From assembly GCA_964537315.1 (NCBI GenBank), contig CAZIAP010000003.1:75919-139918 (forward strand): a DNA stretch of 64,000 bases, in the 5' to 3' direction. Below are positions 56,837 through 64,000 of the stretch, in pieces. The notes beneath the pieces were generated by a model. That model was not told the DNA's origin and made no database searches. It worked only from the letters and a program-made list of their open reading frames with translations. Source of the DNA: an uncultured Gammaproteobacteria bacterium. Lineage in GTDB: Bacteria; Patescibacteriota; Microgenomatia; Levybacterales; GWA1-39-11. Position 1 is the first letter of the stretch; each line of letters opens with the position of its first letter. Both the position numbers and the translations under genes were made by a program.

Positions 56837-58005
56837 TTTGTAAATGAAAATTCTGAGGTTGTAAGCGTAGAGACTATAGCATTAACTTTAGCATAATATA
56901 TACTTGCATTGTTACCAACGCTAATATTATATATATCTTGAGTATCTAGAATAAAAACTTCTAAAGAATCTCCTGATTGACTTCCACCATGTGTAACTGT
57001 ATAAATCGACTTACCATTTTTTTCTACCCGTTGAACATTGGGACCAAGGCCTTCATACAGTTTATATAGTGATGTTTCAGTAAAAATATTTAGTGGGATA
57101 TTCACAAATTTGGAGATTGACAAAGTTTCAGCAAAGTAAGGATCTACTTTGTAACCAACAGGATCGATAGTTTGTAAATGACCTAACTGAACCATGTATT
57201 CAGGATTAGCTTGAATAGGAAAAGGTGATTTTTTAATTACAGGATTTTTAGCTTCTTGAACAATCCAGTCTGGATCGTATTTAAAACTTATTTCGTATTC
57301 CTGGTTTGAGTATGATTTCCAGTTTGATACATCTATTTGTTGTTTTTCGAACGAAATTACTGGAGGGTTAAATAAATTAAAACTTAATAGTATTTTATTA
57401 AAAATTTCATCAGTAATATTGCCGCTTCCGGTTGGAGTAACATCAGCATGCCATACATGTAAATATGTTCCATAAAGTATTCTGGTAAATATATCTTTAG
57501 TGTTTTTTTCCCTAGAAGTAACACTTGTTTTCAGAGCTGTATATCCTCCTAATTCTGTATATGTAAACTCATGATCTTGGGATACTTGTAAATGGTGTAT
57601 GCCATAATCTTGAAGTGTCATATCTTCATCTGAATGTGTTTCAATAACTATGTAATCACCATCAGGTACTTGTTTTCGCAAGATTATTAAGTTTGTTTTT
57701 TCTTCTAATGAAAAATCAGATGGGTATTTAAACTCAAAACCAAATTCTTTATTCCTATACGTTTTCCAGTCTGCAGTAGGATCACCTACTGTAGTTGTTG
57801 TTTTCGACATTGCAGGTGTGGAAGAGGAGACTTTTCTCTCTTTGCCTAAATAAATAGCTACTGATGATACTAACGCGATGGTAAGTAGAGCAATGAACAA
57901 AACAAACGCAAGTTTAGGGATGTTATGGTGAGGTTCTGAAGTTTGAGTGGGCGCATTGAAGCTATCTAAATCTGTCGATGGTTTTATTTGATTATAATCT
58001 TCCAT
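56833..58005 (-). CDS. Membrane-anchored protein with two PsbP-like WKTY repeats
   Basis: ADWKTYRNKEFGFEFKYP and SNWKSYSNQEYEISFKY. Confidence 0.75.
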   Translation of the reverse strand: MEDYNQIKPSTDLDSFNAPTQTSEPHHNIPKLAFVLFIALLTIALVSSVAIYLGKERKVSSSTPAMSKTTTTVGDPTADWKTYRNKEFGFEFKYPSDFSLEEKTNLIILRKQVPDGDYIVIETHSDEDMTLQDYGIHHLQVSQDHEFTYTELGGYTALKTSVTSREKNTKDIFTRILYGTYLHVWHADVTPTGSGNITDEIFNKILLSFNLFNPPVISFEKQQIDVSNWKSYSNQEYEISFKYDPDWIVQEAKNPVIKKSPFPIQANPEYMVQLGHLQTIDPVGYKVDPYFAETLSISKFVNIPLNIFTETSLYKLYEGLGPNVQRVEKNGKSIYTVTHGGSQSGDSLEVFILDTQDIYNISVGNNASIYYAKVNAIVSTLTTSEFSFTN

Positions 58006-58013
58006 AAAATCAA

Positions 58014-59792
58014 TTATTCACACTTGGTACTTCCTTCTGAGTTTTCACATTTCATGAGTATTTCTTTCTCTTTGTCTTTAACGATCTTCTGAATTTCAAA
58101 CTCAGAATATCCCCCATCACCCATTCCGCAATAAAAATAATACTCATCATTTCTAGATACTTGCATAACACTACATCCGGAGTAAATTTGTATTCCACCG
58201 TGGTTGATTGGGCCTATATGATAAGGGTCTGATTCAGTATCAGTAAATAGGAATAAATGAAGAACATAATGTTCTGATTCAAAATATGATCTCGTAACTA
58301 TTGCCCTACCGTCCTCAAGTTTACATGCTAGCGAATCTGGAGAAAACTGCTTATCTCTTTGTTCATGTAAATTGAGTCCAGAAGTATATTCAATCATAGC
58401 TATAATTTCATTGTCGGTAAATGAATGATTTCTATATGCACTTCCGTCTGAATACGTGGATGTGTACGAATATTCTGGAGGTTGAGTATCAGAAATTTTA
58501 ATATTCTGGCATGTTAATCCTACTAGACTAGAATTAAACTCATCAGTAAGTTCATGGGGAATATTTATGAATTCTTTATAGTCTGAAAGATCAAATAATC
58601 TTTTTTCAGGTTGTTGTGGGAAAGGAGAAGTATTTACAATTTCATAAGCAGATTTTGGTAATAGAGAATTTATTTTTACTTCCTCCTTTGTATCCACATT
58701 TAGAATAAAGAATTCATGAAATTGCTCATCCCTGGTATCTTTAATCATTACAATGTTTTTGGAATCGACCCACCATTTAGATCTATTAGTGGTAGATATT
58801 TGGGAAGTAGTTTTTGAGTTAGTGTCATAGATTGAAAGACCATTGAGCTCTAATGAAATATAATTACCATCAGGAGATATACGTGGCCAAGAGTTATCTC
58901 CCCAGTTTTTACTACTATATATTATTTCACTTTCACCAGTAGGAAAATCTGAATATCTAACATGAGAATATTCAAACCCTCCACTATTTCCAGTTTCTCC
59001 TGCGGCATACACCCATTTATTTCCGTCTATAGATATATCTAATTGATACCCAAATCCTAAACTATGTACGTCACTTAAAGGATCAAAATGCAAAGTGTTT
59101 TCTGAAACATTTTGGATATCAAAGAGATAATAGTTATTTTCTCTCTCATAAAAAATGCCTGTGGGGGTAAACTCGATAATCCTATTAATATCGGGCAGTT
59201 CCTGTGTTTTTCCACTTGTGATATCAAATGCGAAGTATTTGACTTTAGGAAAAAGGTAATCTTGATTATCAGGACCAAGGGGTAGTTCAACCGAATAAAT
59301 TAAGTATTTACTATTCTTTGACCACCCATTGATTTTATAGACTTTTTCGTTGGTGTCTATCCGTTTGGTTTTATTGCTCTCATGAGAAATTAAAAAAATT
59401 TCTTGTGACTTCTCATCAATAACCGCACTATAATACATATCAAAAGATGGAATTACACTATCTAGTCGAGAGGCTCGAACTTCTTGAATTTCAGATTGAT
59501 TCATCTTTTTTTTAGTATAATTATATATGTAGATTTTCCCATTCTTGTTGTTTACGAGTGGTATGCCTATGTTCGTAGAAGAGAAGTCATCCCAGATAGT
59601 TTTTTGGGGTAGGGTTATCGCTTTCTTTTCTGACAATTGAAAGTAGGCAAATATTATAGAAGCCAAAAGAAGAAGTAGAATGAATAAAATAAATACAAAT
59701 TTAGGGATGTTATTGTGAGATTTTGGGATTTGAGGAGATGGATTAGGGACAGGATTCGGAGAAGATATTGGTGATTGTTGATCTTCTTCCAT
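58014..59792 (-). CDS. Membrane-anchored TolB-like beta-propeller protein
   Basis: WSKNSK, ISIDG, ISPDG repeats; Cys-containing C-terminal domain. Confidence 0.75.
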   Translation of the reverse strand: MEEDQQSPISSPNPVPNPSPQIPKSHNNIPKFVFILFILLLLLASIIFAYFQLSEKKAITLPQKTIWDDFSSTNIGIPLVNNKNGKIYIYNYTKKKMNQSEIQEVRASRLDSVIPSFDMYYSAVIDEKSQEIFLISHESNKTKRIDTNEKVYKINGWSKNSKYLIYSVELPLGPDNQDYLFPKVKYFAFDITSGKTQELPDINRIIEFTPTGIFYERENNYYLFDIQNVSENTLHFDPLSDVHSLGFGYQLDISIDGNKWVYAAGETGNSGGFEYSHVRYSDFPTGESEIIYSSKNWGDNSWPRISPDGNYISLELNGLSIYDTNSKTTSQISTTNRSKWWVDSKNIVMIKDTRDEQFHEFFILNVDTKEEVKINSLLPKSAYEIVNTSPFPQQPEKRLFDLSDYKEFINIPHELTDEFNSSLVGLTCQNIKISDTQPPEYSYTSTYSDGSAYRNHSFTDNEIIAMIEYTSGLNLHEQRDKQFSPDSLACKLEDGRAIVTRSYFESEHYVLHLFLFTDTESDPYHIGPINHGGIQIYSGCSVMQVSRNDEYYFYCGMGDGGYSEFEIQKIVKDKEKEILMKCENSEGSTKCE

Positions 59793-59830
59793 ATATTAAT
59801 CTAATCAGATAGATTATCTTTGGTCAATTA

Positions 59831-60250
59831 CTATTCCCCTGGACACGCGGCGAACTCACAATTGGGTCCTTCTCGTCCGACAGATGTGCCGTCAGGACAT
59901 ATTTTCGCATCCATAGTACATACTACTTGCTCTTCATCAGTTGCTTCGTGGGGAGGAAACACTTGCTCTTCAGGAGGAGCTACTTCATCGTTTATGTTTT
60001 CTGTTTGACCAGGCGTAAGCGGAACATTGTTGCTTGAGTTGTCAACAGATAGGTATGCGAAAGAAGCTACAGATAGGAGTATAAGAATGCCGAAAATTAT
60101 TAAAGCTACCTTCAGTATACTGCTTTTTCTTTTAACACCTGAATGTTCAGTTAATAGCTTTTCTTCTTCTGGGGGTTGGATTAATTTTTCTTCAGGAGGA
60201 GCTTCAAGCAGTTTCTCTTCTTCGTTTAGGTCTTGGTTATTTTTATCCAT
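59831..60250 (-). CDS. Membrane protein with C-terminal four-Cys module
   Basis: CTMDAKICPDGTSVGREGPNCEFAACP. Confidence 0.75.
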   Translation of the reverse strand: MDKNNQDLNEEEKLLEAPPEEKLIQPPEEEKLLTEHSGVKRKSSILKVALIIFGILILLSVASFAYLSVDNSSNNVPLTPGQTENINDEVAPPEEQVFPPHEATDEEQVVCTMDAKICPDGTSVGREGPNCEFAACPGE

Positions 60251-60326
60251 ACATATATAAAATCAAAGTATCAAAGGAAAGTCAATTTATATTATATCTT
60301 AGCTTATAAAGTGATAATCTATAAAT

Positions 60327-61421
60327 ATGTCCGAGTCTGAATACTATCTCAGATTTTCATACGCTCCAGGAATCGGCCCTAAACGTTTTCTATTACTTTT
60401 AAGTTATTTTAAGACCGCTGAAAAAGCTTGGAAAGGGACTGCGACCGAGTATAAAAGTATTGGCATAACAGGTAAAACTTATGAAGCATTTGATATATTC
60501 CGTCAACACTTTGATTACTCGAAAATTCAAAGTGCATTGAAAGTGAAAGGCATAAAATATATTTCCCAACATGATGAAATATACCCTAAAAGTCTTTTAA
60601 AGCTTTCGAATCCTCCTATTGGACTTTTTGCTAAAGGAGAGATAACTTTACTGAAAGAAGAGCTTATTGTTGCAGTTGTAGGTAGTAGAAAAATGACCTC
60701 ATATGGAAACCAAGTTTCACAATTATTTGTGGAAGAGCTGGTAAGAGCTGGAGCAGTAATTATTTCAGGGTTAGCAATGGGAATTGATGCGGCAGCGCAT
60801 AGTGCTGCACTTGAGAGCAATGGAAAGACGATTGCTGTACTAGGAAACGGAGTAAACGTGCCATACCCACAAGAGAACTTTTCGCTTTATGAAAAAATAT
60901 TAAGCTCAAATAACCTTATAATTTCCGAGTACCCTCCAGATATATCACCTACAAAAGGAAGTTTCCCGGCTCGCAACCGAATTATTGCGGCTTTGAGCCG
61001 TGCAGTTCTGATTCCTGAGGCTGTAAAAGACAGTGGATCATTAATCACTGCAACCAATGCAATTGAGCTGGGTATACCTATATTTGCAGTTCCCGGCCAG
61101 ATCACATCTCAGCAATCACAAGGAACATCGTACTTGATTCAGAATGGTGCAAAGTTAGTTATTGAACCCGAAGATATATTGAAGAGTTTTGATTTGTCTG
61201 GAAAGTCTACATCTAGAAGAAAATTGTTATTAGAGAAGCTGAGTATTTCACAAGATGCAAAGAAGGTGCTGGAATTATTACTTCAAGAACCGATGAGCGT
61301 GGATACATTGAGTAAAAAAAACATGATGGAAGTTACTGAGGTATCAAGGATTATAACGTTGCTTGAATTGCAAGGATATGTAAAGGATAGTGGTAATGGA
61401 AAATTCGTCGCAGATATATAG
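60327..61421 (+). CDS. dprA: DNA processing protein DprA
   Basis: AVVGSR, ISGLAMGID, FPARNRIIA, SGSLIT. Confidence 0.95.
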   Translation: MSESEYYLRFSYAPGIGPKRFLLLLSYFKTAEKAWKGTATEYKSIGITGKTYEAFDIFRQHFDYSKIQSALKVKGIKYISQHDEIYPKSLLKLSNPPIGLFAKGEITLLKEELIVAVVGSRKMTSYGNQVSQLFVEELVRAGAVIISGLAMGIDAAAHSAALESNGKTIAVLGNGVNVPYPQENFSLYEKILSSNNLIISEYPPDISPTKGSFPARNRIIAALSRAVLIPEAVKDSGSLITATNAIELGIPIFAVPGQITSQQSQGTSYLIQNGAKLVIEPEDILKSFDLSGKSTSRRKLLLEKLSISQDAKKVLELLLQEPMSVDTLSKKNMMEVTEVSRIITLLELQGYVKDSGNGKFVADI

Positions 61422-61572
61422 TAATATTAAAAAATTTACATAATCTCATAGTATAGAAAAGGCTACGCTAAATTGCTATAATTGACTTGTGCAAGGATGA
61501 AAACCTGATTTACTCAGGTATGTTTTGTCTTTTAGCGCACTTGAAAATTGACTGAATCTCAAGGAGGTTGCC

Positions 61573-61737
61573 ATGTTGGTAGTTATTATTTTTATGGCAG
61601 TGGCAATGTTTTTTGTACCTGTCCTTGTAGTGGCGTATCTTTTTGATCAAGGAAAGGGAGGAATTGCTTTTAGCGTTGCATTCGCGACACTTTTTCTAAA
61701 TATTCCACTTTGGGTTCTGATTGGACAACTTCAATAG
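61573..61737 (+). CDS. Small orphan two-TM protein (54 aa, below ORF-track cutoff)
   Basis: SD AAGGAGG; TGCTATAAT at 61474. Confidence 0.65.
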   Translation: MLVVIIFMAVAMFFVPVLVVAYLFDQGKGGIAFSVAFATLFLNIPLWVLIGQLQ

Positions 61738-61750
61738 CGAGGAGACTTAA

Positions 61751-61969
61751 ATGATTTGGTTATGGACTATTAGTGGCGCGTTGTTGTGTGGTCTATGCAT
61801 ATTCCTCAATGGAAGGATTAATACACATGCGTATAAGAACCCTGACCTTGATCACGTTCAAATACTTCGAACAAAGTATTCGCATCAGCGCCTATGCGCA
61901 GTATCTATGATAGGGTTTATGGTGTTCGCACTTGCAACTGTAACCCTCTTTTACTTTTTGATTAGCTAG
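61751..61969 (+). CDS. Small orphan two-TM protein
   Basis: SD GAGGAG. Confidence 0.65.
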   Translation: MIWLWTISGALLCGLCIFLNGRINTHAYKNPDLDHVQILRTKYSHQRLCAVSMIGFMVFALATVTLFYFLIS

Positions 61970-62021
61970 GTAACATGAATTATCTCAGAGACAGTAAAAT
62001 ATATCTTGTCAGTCAATAACT

Positions 62022-62050
62022 TGCTCCCTGTCTATACCTGATAGGGAGCA
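62022..62050. terminator. Terminator hairpin between convergent genes
   Basis: TGCTCCCTGTC...GATAGGGAGCA. Confidence 0.75.
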
Positions 62051-62053
62051 TAA

Positions 62054-62773
62054 CTACACTGTCCCAATATGATCTGCACGAGGATTTGCTGGATCATATA
62101 GATTTACCTCAAATATAGGTAAATCTTTAGCAATTATTTGTAATGTTATACTTAACTGCATAGTGGCAATTCTTTGAAAGTCTTCGTACACAACGTTGTC
62201 CATATTTAACTCTTCAATCAGCTGTTTCATAAATAAATCATCACGTTTTTTATCGTATATAAAGTACATTTGACTATCATCTTTGGAGTTTAGTGTGTGT
62301 TCCTTATCATTTATTATTAGGAAGCCTGCTTCATCATGTGGTCCGTCTAAAGTTTCCACTTCAGTAGGGTTATCCGGATTATTTCTCAATTGCTTAACCG
62401 CTTCTTGTACATCTTGAGGACTAACTCCGTATCTTGAAGCATTTTCTTCGATTGCTGAATTCAGAACGTGACTACAACCTATTGAGAATGCGGCATTTGG
62501 ATCTTCGTTTTTGTCGGTATGCAAGTAAAAATTTCCACCTATCTTAATAATAGCCTTGTATATCGAGTCAACGCATTCTTGAACTGACATACCTAACTTC
62601 TGTTCATAGTTATATCCAAGCATAGCTATAACGTAACCTAAATCTGCGCCTGGACGGGCAATCATGCCACTAGAAGTCTCTTTGTTGTTATATCTTCCTG
62701 AAATACATCTTCTACCTGGTTTTGCGGGAATGAGGTTATCCTGAATGAAAGTATTAACAGCGGAGAAATCCAT
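62054..62773 (-). CDS. Cadmium/zeta-type carbonic-anhydrase-like protein
   Basis: CISGR...PGADLG...HTD...GCSH...H.E. Confidence 0.55.
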   Translation of the reverse strand: MDFSAVNTFIQDNLIPAKPGRRCISGRYNNKETSSGMIARPGADLGYVIAMLGYNYEQKLGMSVQECVDSIYKAIIKIGGNFYLHTDKNEDPNAAFSIGCSHVLNSAIEENASRYGVSPQDVQEAVKQLRNNPDNPTEVETLDGPHDEAGFLIINDKEHTLNSKDDSQMYFIYDKKRDDLFMKQLIEELNMDNVVYEDFQRIATMQLSITLQIIAKDLPIFEVNLYDPANPRADHIGTV

Positions 62774-62799
62774 GTATATTATTATGAGAATATACCAGA

Positions 62800-64000
62800 T
62801 TAAATTGCAAGTTCTTTTGCTACATCACGGATCTCTCTTGTCTTACTATCGATCAAAACAGGGACTGGTACGAGTTTTCCTGTTTTGATCCAATTCATAA
62901 TATCTGGATCACTTTTTATTTCTCTGAATAGCACTCGTAATTGTCCACGCGCACGTTCTAAGATCTCAGGAGTAGCACCGTTTGAAATTGAGTTTGATAG
63001 GAAGATGATATATGGAGGCTCAGTTGCCTTAATCGATTCCATAAGTCCAGTTTGGATTTTAATATGATCTATTGCTTCTGGATAAGAGGAAACCATCGCT
63101 CCGAATACTTGGACTTCAGGATCAAATTCTCCTACGATTGCACCATCCATAGAAATTGATTGATATCCCTCTCCGTGATGAACAAAAGGGTGTGTGTGTT
63201 CGTGTGATTCTTGGCGTTCATAAACTCCCGAGGTTCGTTGGAAGGCGATATTTCGGGATAGGGTATAAAAAAGTGCATTTTTTTGTTCTTCTGTATAGTC
63301 TTGGAGATAAGTATTGCTGTATCTTTCAAAAGAATTTTTAAATGATTCATTATTCATTAGATACTCAGTCGTGCTCATTACTTTTGTTTCAAGTTCTATG
63401 ATTTTATCTACATTTGTAAACTCATCTTTCATTGATCCAGCCTCACCTGCGATCTCAGTGAGTTCAGAGTTGATGGTTTGGTCATCTACAATATTTCGGG
63501 TAATATCAGTTGTAAATAATTCATTATCTGTGCCATATCCTAGAAGAATCCCCATAGTATCTGTATCATAGACAGCACTCATCGCTACTTTCTTCAATGG
63601 TGTAACTTTATTTGCTTCAGCTGCCCGGTTGTAAAGATCTGTAAATGCTGTTGCACTTTTGTCATGTATTTCAAGGTTTGCTGCTATTAAATCACGGTTT
63701 GTAACCTCACCGTCTAAATACATTTTCTTCATTTTTCCACATCCATGATCAGGTAACTCTTTGAAATTGTCTTCGGAAAGACGTCTGTGCTCAGAAAGAC
63801 TGGTGTGTGAAACAAGTATTTGGAGCATTTGAGGATTTTCTTTTTCAGTTCTTTCGATTATGGCTTCAGTAAGACGAGAACTTTCTAGTTCCAGTGTACC
63901 ATCAAGAGGCGACTCCCTTAGTTCGATGATTCCAGCTGCTGTCTCCCAGGTATTACCTGTTAGACCTAATAGATGAATGTCAGGAATTCGTCCATCAATG
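62800..64000 (-). CDS. CsoSCA/beta-type carbonic-anhydrase-like protein (5' partial)
   Basis: Frame stays open to the window edge: IDGR...SHTS...HGCG...YDTDT...HGE. Confidence 0.55.
   Translation of the reverse strand, partial: IDGRIPDIHLLGLTGNTWETAAGIIELRESPLDGTLELESSRLTEAIIERTEKENPQMLQILVSHTSLSEHRRLSEDNFKELPDHGCGKMKKMYLDGEVTNRDLIAANLEIHDKSATAFTDLYNRAAEANKVTPLKKVAMSAVYDTDTMGILLGYGTDNELFTTDITRNIVDDQTINSELTEIAGEAGSMKDEFTNVDKIIELETKVMSTTEYLMNNESFKNSFERYSNTYLQDYTEEQKNALFYTLSRNIAFQRTSGVYERQESHEHTHPFVHHGEGYQSISMDGAIVGEFDPEVQVFGAMVSSYPEAIDHIKIQTGLMESIKATEPPYIIFLSNSISNGATPEILERARGQLRVLFREIKSDPDIMNWIKTGKLVPVPVLIDSKTREIRDVAKELAI

Noticed and set aside
12277-62050. Orphan units as integron cassettes with attC sites
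   Set aside because: Their hairpins look like intrinsic terminators, lack RYYYAAC/GTTRRRY ends, are dispersed in both orientations, and no intI is present.
1-64000. CRISPR array, rRNA, IS element, DGR or UGA recoding
   Set aside because: No regularly spaced repeats, rRNA motifs, transposase or reverse transcriptase seen; conserved genes are intact in code 11 and some end in TGA.

Overview
AT-rich bacterial chromosome segment, standard genetic code (TGA is used as stop, e.g. secE, mreC). Gene content and style point to a Patescibacteria (CPR) Microgenomates-type genome; this is inferred from the split comEC, the N-terminally extended L1, the WKTY and CTMDAKICPDG surface proteins, and short palindromes inside genes. 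The backbone is housekeeping: leuS end, comEA/comEC/MBL, a two-component pair, mreB, uppP, guaB, rpmG, rnhB, era, dtd, secE-nusG-rplK-rplA, galU, argS, purF, ndk, truB, ABC-F, dsbA/dsbB, sortase, mreCD-mrdA and dprA, plus 6 intact tRNAs and one tRNA-like copy. No integrase, transposase, CRISPR array or rRNA is visible. The most striking unexplained pattern is about 13 self-contained orphan-gene units between core genes. They share most of one design: near-consensus sigma70 promoter, G-U-rich 5' hairpin, boxA-like motif, strong AGAAAGGA/AAGGAG Shine-Dalgarno (SD), short orphan ORF(s) and a GC-rich terminator. Most core genes here have no SD. Other highlights: two promoter-driven multi-hairpin ncRNA candidates next to tRNA-Thr genes, a rod-shaped RNA candidate, an ABC-F gene bracketed by a tRNA-Arg(CCT) and a covarying copy with a broken acceptor stem, a stand-alone RNAP alpha-CTD protein, a secreted Asp/Lys/Tyr-rich protein, and two adjacent carbonic-anhydrase-like genes. 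All calls come from reading motifs by eye; no searches or folding programs were run.
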